The notes beneath the pieces are model-generated. The model did not search any database. It worked only from the letters and a program-made list of their open reading frames with translations, and had not been told where the DNA came from. Below, one piece after another: positions 53,501 through 61,697 of a DNA stretch of 64,000 bases. Location: the NCBI GenBank assembly GCA_017548925.1, contig JAFYYX010000001.1:959767-1023766 (forward strand), written 5' to 3'. Position numbers and translations under genes: made by a program. The stretch comes from Bacilli bacterium (lineage in GTDB: Bacteria > Bacillota_I > Bacilli_A > RF39 > UBA660). Positions within the stretch are counted from its first letter, which is position 1; each line of letters starts with the position of its first letter.

Positions 53501-53886
53501 GCATATACATCCTGATGATCTCCAAAAATAGATAAAGCATGAGTAGATAAACTTCTTGCAGCAACATGTATAACACCTGGAAGCATTTCTCCAGCTATTT
53601 TATACATATTAGGTATCATAAGAAGTAAACCCTGAGATGAAGTAAATGTAGATGCAAAAGAACCACTAATGAGTGCTCCATGTAGTGCACCAGCAGCACC
53701 TGCTTCAGACTGCATTTCAATTACTTTGGTTTTACCACCAAATAAATTTTCTTCTCCTTTATCAGACAACTTACCAACTTCAGCAGCCATAGGGCTAGAA
53801 GGAGTTATAGGATAAATAGCGCAAACTTCACTAAAAAGTTTAGCAACATCAGCACAGGCTTTATTTCCATCTATAAGCTTTATCAT
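50536..53886 (-). CDS. nifJ: pyruvate:ferredoxin (flavodoxin) oxidoreductase
   Basis: MIKLIDGNKACADVA..YPITPSSPMAAE..; two 4Fe-4S ferredoxin motifs CIGCANCSLVCP and CTGCGECLKTCP; TPP-binding GGDGWAYDIGFGG. Start is taken at MIKL (the ORF track extends 36 nt). Confidence 0.92.
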   Translation of the reverse strand: MIKLIDGNKACADVAKLFSEVCAIYPITPSSPMAAEVGKLSDKGEENLFGGKTKVIEMQSEAGAAGALHGALISGSFASTFTSSQGLLLMIPNMYKIAGEMLPGVIHVAARSLSTHALSIFGDHQDVYATRATGFCMLASSNVEEAGNLAAVAHLSAIEGSLPFLHFFDGFRTSHEMNTVNILSTDDIKTLFDINQIDKYKDRFINVGNDIQSGLAQNEDIYFQTTEARNKAYNNMPEIVAKYMDRVNSILGTNYAPFEYYGSYKASDIIIVMGSASDTTKLVVDNLNRNGYDVGMISVHLYRPFSKEFLLKALPETVKRIAVLDRTKEAGSIGEPLYLDVVAALADKNIDIVGGRYGLSSKDVTPADIKSVFTMLMGHKKNNFTIGIVDDVTNLSLPRETFNLDLKLDEVKIFGYGSDGMVSASKEMLDILVNKQGRIAQGYFEYDSRKSGGVTVSHLRVGRSEIRAPYYVKNPNFVVVTKLEYLNKYNCLEGISDRGVLLVNTSLKEEEFNSYVKGEVKTDIFTKNIMVYLVDADKLANENNLKGKISKIMEVIILRVLGVNDATKVVSEKVREAFKTKGEDVINNNIKALEQALYNINVYSAFEIGDELPNEDLNIYERINKRLGNYLKVSECLEFANGVMPNDLATKDKKISTELVPMWNKDSCIGCANCSLVCPHGAIRVILNKTEGIEYKKDKDYKFKILINKDICTGCGECLKTCPVKDETKPLKFVKYTEAPEVTDEFFNHINPEAKTDDIVGSQLKKSCFINPGACAGCGETPYIKLLTQLFDKKLVIANATGCSSIYGGSAPRTPYSIPWASSLFEDNAEFGFGMLLSYNQKREHLKEAIDKYYDSVTIGLKSVFDRLKENFDNFDETIKIKDELSLIEDLPEEIKKLIDYIPSRSVWTIGGDGWAYDIGFGGIDHVLSSNTKARMLVLDTEVYSNTGGQMSKSSQIGQVAEFANFGKKNYKKDLFRIAMSYPNCYVASISLGANPIQAIKAFKEAENHDGPSIIIAYAPCIEHGIKSGCSNMEQKLVVESGYTLLMRYNPEENKLYLDSKEPKYEKLEELWDNETRFKALKIKDEKLAEELLSNQKEELKNRYEYYKDLTSKQEA

Positions 53887-53944
53887 TAGTATCACCCTAT
53901 TATTAATTATAACAAAAAACATCTATAAATTATAGATGTTTTTA

Positions 53945-54418
53945 TTAATAAGTATATCCACAATGGTTAATTCCAAGAACATGTTTTGCTAAATCTTTTT
54001 TAGAAACATTTCCTTCAGCTCCAGATAAAAAATATTTATCATTACTAAGCCATATTTTTGTTTTCTCTTTACAATCAGATAAAGTACATATTTCAATACT
54101 TCCTTGATATGAACTATCTAATTTTTCAAGATATTTTCCTTTAAGTGATTTGATATTATAACAAACTCTTCCAACAAATTTATCAGAAATATTTAATTCA
54201 TTATATACATCATCAGGGTATATTTCATCTGATTCATTGCTATCAGATGTATATTTATTAATTGCAGCTTTAATAATATTATTAGCTTGACCAATAAATG
54301 TTGATTCTTTTGCATATATAAATTTTGGATGAAGTAAATGAATTATTACAGCTACAATAATTGATATAACAAGAATAGAACATACCATTTCGATACGATT
54401 AAATCCTTTATTATTCAT
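53945..54418 (-). CDS. prepilin-type N-terminal domain protein (157 aa), stand-alone pilin or pseudopilin-like
   Basis: MNNKG|FNRIEMVCSILVISIIVAVIIHLL has Gly-Phe, Glu at +5 and a hydrophobic helix. C-terminal Cys residues (CYNIKS.., CTLSDC, HCGY). Its start overlaps the stop of the upstream transferase gene by 8 nt. Confidence 0.6.
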   Translation of the reverse strand: MNNKGFNRIEMVCSILVISIIVAVIIHLLHPKFIYAKESTFIGQANNIIKAAINKYTSDSNESDEIYPDDVYNELNISDKFVGRVCYNIKSLKGKYLEKLDSSYQGSIEICTLSDCKEKTKIWLSNDKYFLSGAEGNVSKKDLAKHVLGINHCGYTY

Positions 54419-55472
54419 TTTTCTTCCTCTTTTTATGTTCAAACAAAATATCTGTTTTTAAAACAATAAATAGCAAAAGAATCATAAGAAGAACATATAA
54501 AATAATTGCAAGCATGTTATCTCCTAGTACATAGAATACTGATACTGCCGCAAATAAAATATTAATTAAATATATTATTATTACAGATGTTCTTGGTGAA
54601 AATTTCATCTTTAATAATTGGTGATGAAAATGTTCTCTATCAGGCTCTGTAATGCCTTGACCTTTAAGTAGTCTTCTAAGTATTGATACAGCAGTATCAA
54701 ATATTGGAAGAGCTAAAATAACAATAGGAATTATAACAGAAATAAATGTTGTTGTTTTAAATCCAATTAAAGATGTAACAGCAACCATAAAACCTAAGAA
54801 ATTACTTCCACATTGCCCCATAAATGTTGAAGCTGGTGGAAAATTATAAACTAAGAATCCAAGTAAAGATCCTATCATAATAAGTGCAAGTATAACCTCA
54901 AGTCCAGTAAATCTTCCAAGAAGGTAAGCAACAACAGAAATAGTAATAAAATATATAATGCCTATTCCTGATGACATTCCATCAAGACCATCTACTAAAT
55001 TAATAGCACTTATTAAAGATACTATAAATATAATTGATAGCGTGTAAGCAACAGGTGTTGAAAATAAAATATTAATTCCAAAGAAAGACACTTCCGTTAA
55101 ATATATTTTTCCATAAAATACAACTATTGCAGATACTATTAAATGAAATAAAAATTGAACTCTTGATGATAAAGGATTTATATCATCAACCATTCCCATA
55201 AGAATTAATATAAAACTACCAATTAATACTGATAACATCTGAGGTGAATTATTGCCATATAGCATATATCCAATTAAAAATGATGCAAATATTGCAAGTC
55301 CACCAAGTCTTGGTGTTACTCTTTTATGTATTTTTCTTTCATTAGGATAATCAAGTGCACCAATATGTTTTGCTACCTTTTTAGAAATAGGAACAAGAAT
55401 AACAGATGATAAAAATGTAACTAAAATAATCTGAAATATATTAAATCCATTAACTTCTGGCATATTATCCAT
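54411..55472 (-). CDS. MraY/WecA/TagO-family polyprenyl-phosphate N-acetylhexosamine-1-phosphate transferase (GT4 superfamily)
   Basis: Polytopic. NERKIHKRVTPRLGGLAIF and NLVDGLDGMSSG are signature motifs of the family. Confidence 0.85.
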   Translation of the reverse strand: MDNMPEVNGFNIFQIILVTFLSSVILVPISKKVAKHIGALDYPNERKIHKRVTPRLGGLAIFASFLIGYMLYGNNSPQMLSVLIGSFILILMGMVDDINPLSSRVQFLFHLIVSAIVVFYGKIYLTEVSFFGINILFSTPVAYTLSIIFIVSLISAINLVDGLDGMSSGIGIIYFITISVVAYLLGRFTGLEVILALIMIGSLLGFLVYNFPPASTFMGQCGSNFLGFMVAVTSLIGFKTTTFISVIIPIVILALPIFDTAVSILRRLLKGQGITEPDREHFHHQLLKMKFSPRTSVIIIYLINILFAAVSVFYVLGDNMLAIILYVLLMILLLFIVLKTDILFEHKKRKKNE

Positions 55473-55540
55473 CTCCTGCTAATAAACATTATACCTTATT
55501 GAAAGTAAAAAGTCGAAACATAATTGAATAAAAAAAGAAA

Positions 55541-56911
55541 TCATTTTTTTGATTTCTTTTTCTTAGTTTCTACTTCTTTAATCTCTTCTTCATGTTTTTC
55601 AGGAATTTTCTTATCAATAGATTCTTCTTTAGATTCCTTAATAGCTTGAGTTTTTACTTTTTCTACTTTTTCAGATTTTAATTTATTTATTAATTTTCTT
55701 CTTTTTCCTTTAGATGCAAGCAAAGCAATAAACTCAATAAATATTACGCCAAGTAAAGCTCCAAGTACAATTAAAACCTTTTTATTATTTGTTTCAATTG
55801 CACTAACTAGTTCTTCATTAAATAATTGTGCTGTACCATTTTTTAAATCAATTTGATATAAATTCTTTTCATGAGTTACAGTATCCATAGCATATACTAA
55901 ACCAAAATTTGATTTTTTAGCTTTTTTATAAACTATAATTTCATCATCATTAAAGCTTTCAGTATATTTGCTATAACCTTTTGGAAGTAAATCTTTTTTC
56001 ATAGAAAGCAAATTTAAAGTAAATTCCTTAAATGTAAATTCATAATATCTAGTATATTTTTCATCATTATATTCAAATAAATATGCTTTACCATCACTAT
56101 TTTTTAAATAAACTAATGTTTTATCTAAATCTTCATTATATAAAGCTTCTATTTGATTATCATCAATTGTTAATGCTTTATCTAAATAACCTTGTGGTTT
56201 TACTAGTTCACCTATTTTTCTAACTAAGTTATATTCTTCATCATTTACTTTAACTATAACAGGTGCAAATTCTTTGACTGTAACAGTAAGAGTATATGTT
56301 TTAACAGCACCTGTTTCACTTGTTACAACAATATCAAATTTATTTTCTCCTTCAACAACATCTTTTTCACCATCACCAGTTAAAGATGCATAACCATCAG
56401 CTTTTGCAGCTTCAATTTTTATCTTTTCTGTACCAGGTTCTGCTGTTGCAGTATATTCTAAAGTGTCTTTATTAAATTCAGGAGATATAGTTAAACCTTC
56501 AATGGATAAAGATTTTAAGTTATTATTGGTAGATTTTTGTCTAGCAGCAACAACATTAATTGTTGTAGAACCGCTAACATCTTTAGTAGAACCATTTGCG
56601 TCTGTTATATCACCAGAATAAGAAATTTTAATAATTCCAGTTGAATTAGCAGTACATGAAACAGAAATATATTGTTTTACATTATTTCCATTTTTTGATA
56701 CGTCAGATTCTTTTGCACTACAACCATTTGTATTACCAGTTCCATTTATTTTAATATTCCATGCTGCAGCATTTACTGTAACAGTTGCTTTAACACTGTG
56801 CCCAACTTCAACTTGCTTAGGAGCTGAAATTGATGCAGTTGCAGCAATAGCATTAATTATTCCAAACGAAAAAACGCCAACTAAAGTTAATAAATATTTT
56901 GTTTTTTTCAC
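55541..56911 (-). CDS. surface protein with a cadherin-like beta-sandwich domain and a C-terminal TM anchor
   Basis: Signal peptide. NNNLKSLSIEGLTISPEFNKDTLEYTATAE matches the cadherin-like beta-sandwich (PF12733-type) signature. TM helix near the C-terminus followed by a Lys/Glu-rich tail. Confidence 0.55.
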   Translation of the reverse strand: MKKTKYLLTLVGVFSFGIINAIAATASISAPKQVEVGHSVKATVTVNAAAWNIKINGTGNTNGCSAKESDVSKNGNNVKQYISVSCTANSTGIIKISYSGDITDANGSTKDVSGSTTINVVAARQKSTNNNLKSLSIEGLTISPEFNKDTLEYTATAEPGTEKIKIEAAKADGYASLTGDGEKDVVEGENKFDIVVTSETGAVKTYTLTVTVKEFAPVIVKVNDEEYNLVRKIGELVKPQGYLDKALTIDDNQIEALYNEDLDKTLVYLKNSDGKAYLFEYNDEKYTRYYEFTFKEFTLNLLSMKKDLLPKGYSKYTESFNDDEIIVYKKAKKSNFGLVYAMDTVTHEKNLYQIDLKNGTAQLFNEELVSAIETNNKKVLIVLGALLGVIFIEFIALLASKGKRRKLINKLKSEKVEKVKTQAIKESKEESIDKKIPEKHEEEIKEVETKKKKSKK

Positions 56912-56932
56912 ATTTATTCCCCTTTTCTATTA

Positions 56933-58474
56933 TTATTCTATAGGATTAGTTCCAAGCAAATGTTGTCTTACTCTAAGTAAATCTCCTGAGTTAACTTTTC
57001 CATCTCCATTAACATCAGCAGCAGTTAAATTATTACCTTCTAAGATTTTTGTACCAAGTAAATGTTGTCTTATTACAAGTAAATCCCCAGAATTTATTTT
57101 TCCATCATCATTAGGATCACCTTTTTTAATAGTTACAACAACAGGTGTAACAGTTGGTACCACAGTTGTTTGATTACCTTGATCATCAGTTGAAACTGGA
57201 ACAGGCGTATTATTAATAAATTCTATTCCTGCAGAACCCCATACTAAACCAGCAAGTACTGGACTAGATGCAGATGCATAAGCACCTATATTATAAAAGT
57301 TATATAATCCAGAATATGTTTTACCTTCATAAGTAAACTCTGCACCAGATGTTGCTCTACCACCATTAGTTCCTACCTCTTGTTTAGATAAAGAAGCAAG
57401 ATAAACTGGGTTAACATTTGCTGTTCTACCAGCTTCAACAAATATAGATGCATATGATTGATTATCTAAATTAGAAGTACCACTCATAAACGTATTATTT
57501 AAAACAGCTTGAACAGTTTCTTCAGTATATATATCGTTATAATATAGTTTTTCAAATTGTAAGATTCTTTCATGGTTAAATAAGAAATTTCTTGGATCTA
57601 AATAATAAGCTGTAGTAGCTCTATTTGGAGTATGCCATCCTTTTTCAGTTGAATAATCTGTTTCATTTAAATATATTGAATTAGTTGAATCAATAACACA
57701 TAAGTCGTATTCATTTTCAATAACATCAGAAAAATTTAGATTAGTTTTAATACCTTCAAACTTCCAATTAGGATATAAAAAATGTATATATCTTAATCTT
57801 CTTTTATAACTTTCTGGAAATTGTTGTTCATCTAATTTTGCTTCAAATTCTTGATCTTGTACTTCATCAATTCCAGTCATATCAGCATCTGTTCCTGGAA
57901 GAGCATATGTTTCATTCATATTTTCATATATAGGAATTGCAAATATTAATGTATTATTAATAATTCCAGCTTTATTATAAGCGTTATAACTTGTTTTAGC
58001 TTCACTATAAGGAGCTCTAACATTACCCATATATTGATGAGCATATAAATTACTATTAGCAACATTAAATTTCTTTAAATAAGATGTATATTGACCAGCA
58101 TTAATATATGATGCACCTATGAATTTAGCTCCACCAACAATTGCTTTTTTAGGTGTAATCCATGGTCTTAAATAAGCATCATTACCATCAATATATAAAT
58201 AACTAGAACAAACATATCCAGTCTTATCTGCATATGAAATATTTATCCATCCATAACTACATCCAGATCCTTTAACTGGATTAACATCTAAAACTTCTAC
58301 TTGAGTTCCTTTAGGAATTTCCATATAAACCTTTTTAGAAGTAGATGCACCAGCTCTAAAGTTAACATTACCAGTTGTATAACCAACATAAGATGCAAAA
58401 ACATCATCATTAAGTAGTAGAAAAGAAAGCATTATAAAAAATGTAAAAACTATATATTTTACGAACTTTTTCAT
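56933..58474 (-). CDS. SH3b plus N-acetylglucosaminidase-like cell-wall hydrolase with a C-terminal type I dockerin
   Basis: Start at 58474 follows GGAAGGAGGA. SH3b-like [17 protein letters not shown]. Glucosaminidase-like [21 protein letters not shown] and [15 protein letters not shown]. Duplicated dockerin calcium-binding segments [22 protein letters not shown] and [22 protein letters not shown]. Confidence 0.75.
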   Translation of the reverse strand: MKKFVKYIVFTFFIMLSFLLLNDDVFASYVGYTTGNVNFRAGASTSKKVYMEIPKGTQVEVLDVNPVKGSGCSYGWINISYADKTGYVCSSYLYIDGNDAYLRPWITPKKAIVGGAKFIGASYINAGQYTSYLKKFNVANSNLYAHQYMGNVRAPYSEAKTSYNAYNKAGIINNTLIFAIPIYENMNETYALPGTDADMTGIDEVQDQEFEAKLDEQQFPESYKRRLRYIHFLYPNWKFEGIKTNLNFSDVIENEYDLCVIDSTNSIYLNETDYSTEKGWHTPNRATTAYYLDPRNFLFNHERILQFEKLYYNDIYTEETVQAVLNNTFMSGTSNLDNQSYASIFVEAGRTANVNPVYLASLSKQEVGTNGGRATSGAEFTYEGKTYSGLYNFYNIGAYASASSPVLAGLVWGSAGIEFINNTPVPVSTDDQGNQTTVVPTVTPVVVTIKKGDPNDDGKINSGDLLVIRQHLLGTKILEGNNLTAADVNGDGKVNSGDLLRVRQHLLGTNPIE

Positions 58475-58635
58475 AAGAAATCCTCCTTCCCTATTTGACA
58501 TAATTATAACCTATATTCAAGGATATTACATTACTTGATTTACAAGGGTGTATAAAGCAAATGTAAAGCATAATATCTATTTGTATTATTTCAAAATATA
58601 AGTTATAATTTATAAAGTATGAAAGGGTTGCTAAT

Positions 58636-60441
58636 ATGAAAATATTACTTAAAAAATTAAAACGTGCAAACAAAGTTGAATTAGCAATGTATGGAATATC
58701 ACTTCTATATTATTTAGTGTTATATGTTGTTTTTACTATTAGCGTCCTAAACTTAAAAAGAATTGAAACTTTTATCCGTATTACAGTATTAATATTCTTT
58801 GGATTTTGGTTTGTTTATTATTTTATAGGTTGCCTTATGAATATTATCTTAAAAAAACATCATAAGTTTGCAATCCTTACAACATTTACTATAATCTTTT
58901 CACTTATTTTTACATTTAGTTCATACTATATAAATATTCTTTATAAATCACTTGATTTATTTAAGGAAAGAAAAGAAATAATTTATACAACTAAATTAGT
59001 TACATTAAAGGATACTAAATTTGATGATAAATCAAAAATAGGTATGATTCAAAGAAAAGATGATATCGAAGGATATATTCTTCCAAATAAATTAATTAAA
59101 AATAAAGATTTAAAAAATGATATAGTTACTTATAACGATTATTATCAAATGCTTGATGCCCTTTATGATAATGCAATTGATGCTATCTTCTTACAAGGTA
59201 ACTACTTAACTATTTATCAAAATGAAGAAGATTATACAACTTTAGATGAAGATACCAAAGTTGTATATAAGTTAAGTAAGAAAATGAAAAATCAAGACCT
59301 TGAAATTAAAAGTGACAAAAATTTAACCGAACCATTTACTCTTCTGATCATGGGAGTTGATTCAGAAAAAGATGGTCTAAATGCTAATGCTGCATTTAAT
59401 GGTGATACATTAATGATTATTACATTTAATCCTAAAACATTAAATGCAACAATGTTTAGTATTCCAAGAGATACATATGTTCCAATAGCATGTCGTAAAA
59501 ATGCTGAATATAAAATAAATTCATCTGCTGCATATGGAACTAAGTGTGTTATTGATACAATAGAACAGTTAACAGAAATAAAAATAGATTACTACGTTAA
59601 AATTAACTTTAAAGGTGTTGTTAATTTAGTTGATGAACTTGGTGGTATTGATGTAAACGTTCCTAAAAAGTTCTGCGAACAAGATAGTAATAGACGTTTT
59701 GGAAAATACGAAATTTGTCTTGATAAAGGGGAACAACACTTAAACGGTGAGCAAGCCTTAGCTCTTGCAAGACACCGTCACACTCTTCAAAGAGGAGATA
59801 TTGATAGAACTAAAAACCAACAACTAGTTGTTGAAGCAATCGCAAGAAAACTTGTTAAAAACATTTCATTTAGTGATTTTAAAGGTGTACTTGAATCAAT
59901 AAGTAATAATATTGCATCTAATATAGATAGAGATCAAATATTATCACTATATGATACTATTAAACAAATGCTACTTAATTCACTTAATGGTGAAGATATG
60001 TTCACAATTCAAAGAACATATATGGAATATTATGACTTACCTATTTATACAGCAAGTGGATATAGATCATGTATCGGATATTATTCAGCATCACTTGAAG
60101 CAATTAAAGATGCTATGAAAATAAATTTAGGATCTAAAAATGCTACATTAAATAAATCATTTAGTTATGATATTAATGTTGAGTATGAAGAAAAAGTAAT
60201 TGGTCAAGGATTAAGAAGTGGAAACACAATAGATCTTCTTCCTGATTTTACAAGTAAATCTGTAAGTGATGTTGTTAATTACTGTAATGAAAAAGGCATA
60301 GAACTTGAAATAGAATATGTAGATTCTTCAAGTAACAAGTATAATAAAAAGGTTGATACTGGATATGTTTCAAATCAAAGTATAAGTAAAAACACAAGAG
60401 TATCAAATGTTAAAAAATTAAAAGTTTATGTTAATAAATAA
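58636..60441 (+). CDS. LCP (LytR-CpsA-Psr) family glycopolymer transferase with an N-terminal multi-TM region and a PASTA-like C-terminal domain
   Basis: LLIMGVDS..GDTLMIITFNP..FSIPRDTYV..INSSAAYG..YVKINFKGVVNLVDELGGIDVNV..LNGEQALALARHR..GDIDRTKNQQ. C-terminal LPDFTSKSVSDVVNYC..YVSNQS. Confidence 0.85.
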   Translation: MKILLKKLKRANKVELAMYGISLLYYLVLYVVFTISVLNLKRIETFIRITVLIFFGFWFVYYFIGCLMNIILKKHHKFAILTTFTIIFSLIFTFSSYYINILYKSLDLFKERKEIIYTTKLVTLKDTKFDDKSKIGMIQRKDDIEGYILPNKLIKNKDLKNDIVTYNDYYQMLDALYDNAIDAIFLQGNYLTIYQNEEDYTTLDEDTKVVYKLSKKMKNQDLEIKSDKNLTEPFTLLIMGVDSEKDGLNANAAFNGDTLMIITFNPKTLNATMFSIPRDTYVPIACRKNAEYKINSSAAYGTKCVIDTIEQLTEIKIDYYVKINFKGVVNLVDELGGIDVNVPKKFCEQDSNRRFGKYEICLDKGEQHLNGEQALALARHRHTLQRGDIDRTKNQQLVVEAIARKLVKNISFSDFKGVLESISNNIASNIDRDQILSLYDTIKQMLLNSLNGEDMFTIQRTYMEYYDLPIYTASGYRSCIGYYSASLEAIKDAMKINLGSKNATLNKSFSYDINVEYEEKVIGQGLRSGNTIDLLPDFTSKSVSDVVNYCNEKGIELEIEYVDSSSNKYNKKVDTGYVSNQSISKNTRVSNVKKLKVYVNK

Positions 60442-60454
60442 AAACAAGTAAGAA

Positions 60455-61024
60455 TTATTTCTTACTTGTTTTCTTTTTATTACTTGTAGTTTTCTTCTTA
60501 GTAGTAGGTTTCTTACTACTATTTGAAGTTTTCTTTTTAGTATTATTAGATTTCTTTTTAGAAGCAGTTGCAGTTTTCTTTGTATTAGAATTATTAGTCT
60601 TGTTTGCAACCTTTTTCTTGTTTGTAGTTTTTTTAGTAGTTGTTTTTTTAGTAGAAGGCTTCTTAGTTGAAGATTTCTTACTAGTAGATTTTGCATTTTT
60701 ATCCTTATCTTTTTCTTCAATAAATTCTTTAGCAATATCTTTTTTTAAACTTTTAATTCTTTTTTCAAAGAACTCTTTAATAGTAACTTTATTCTTATTA
60801 GATAATTTCTTTGCCTTTTTAGGTTTTTTTATTTTTACTTCAGTATGATCTATTACTTCACCATTATTTGTTATTGTAATAGCATTTCTATCAAGTAAAT
60901 ATCTAAATAAACCTCTAATTCCACGATGTTTCCATATTAATAATATTAATATAATGGTGAAAACTAACAGATAAAAAGAAATTAATGATATAAATACTAT
61001 ATCAATTTTATCAAATTTATCCAT
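60455..61024 (-). CDS. membrane-anchored Lys/Thr/Ser-rich low-complexity protein
   Basis: One N-terminal TM helix, then a ~100-aa tail of KK(T/S)n repeats (STSKKSSTKKPSTKKTTTKKTTNKKK..). Confidence 0.5.
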   Translation of the reverse strand: MDKFDKIDIVFISLISFYLLVFTIILILLIWKHRGIRGLFRYLLDRNAITITNNGEVIDHTEVKIKKPKKAKKLSNKNKVTIKEFFEKRIKSLKKDIAKEFIEEKDKDKNAKSTSKKSSTKKPSTKKTTTKKTTNKKKVANKTNNSNTKKTATASKKKSNNTKKKTSNSSKKPTTKKKTTSNKKKTSKK

Positions 61025-61068
61025 ATTTTCTCACCTCGAATACTATTATATACAAACTTAGTTAAAAA

Positions 61069-61695
61069 TCAATCTATAATTGGTGAATGTTTAATAACAT
61101 AGAGTTTATTGTTATCTTTAGCAATTCTTACTTCAGATTTTTTATCAAAACCTAAATCTTTATCATATTCCCATGAAAGAACAATAATATAACCATCATA
61201 ACTTTTACCACTTACATCAACTTTTGATTCATCAGATGATATTACTTCAATTGATTTAACTGATGGTAACTCTTGTTTTCTATTACCATCAGAATTATCA
61301 ACTAACTGACTATAAAATTGTGTTTTAATCATTTTTTTAAACTTATCTTGTTCTGATTTATAAATATATTCTAAACAAGGAACATCATATTTATTTACTT
61401 TATTATTAATGTCATATAAATCAATTATATACATTTGAGCAAGTAACTTTGCATATTCATCATAATTAACTTGATCAGCTTTTAAAACTTTTTTTAAATC
61501 TTTAAATTTTTCTCTCATTAATTTTGAGTCTCTCTCATCAAGTGTATAGTCATATTTTGATATTTTATCTACAACTTTAGAAAAACCTGTACTTTTTTTA
61601 AATTTAAACACAAAATGAGAAAGAACATATGTAGATAATATAGCAAGTGTTAAAACTAATATAATAACTAAGCCAGTTCTATATCCTTTACCCAT
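61069..61695 (-). CDS. hypothetical membrane-anchored protein (208 aa)
   Basis: ORF track. N-terminal TM helix. Begins 2 nt after the LtaS-like gene stop, so probably co-transcribed. Confidence 0.5.
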   Translation of the reverse strand: MGKGYRTGLVIILVLTLAILSTYVLSHFVFKFKKSTGFSKVVDKISKYDYTLDERDSKLMREKFKDLKKVLKADQVNYDEYAKLLAQMYIIDLYDINNKVNKYDVPCLEYIYKSEQDKFKKMIKTQFYSQLVDNSDGNRKQELPSVKSIEVISSDESKVDVSGKSYDGYIIVLSWEYDKDLGFDKKSEVRIAKDNNKLYVIKHSPIID

Positions 61696-61697
61696 AA

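Noticed and set aside
58491-58673. 60-aa minus-strand ORF in the divergent promoter region between the glucosaminidase and LCP genes.
   Set aside because: It overlaps both neighbouring gene starts and the promoter region. Its AT-rich composition is junk-like and it has no RBS.
60418-60848. 105-aa minus-strand and 82-aa plus-strand ORFs overlapping the Lys-rich gene.
   Set aside because: They are frame or antisense artefacts of AAG/AAA/ACT repeat DNA (they give L/R/K or F/L/V runs). The frame with an N-terminal TM helix and a proper start (60455-61024) is preferred.
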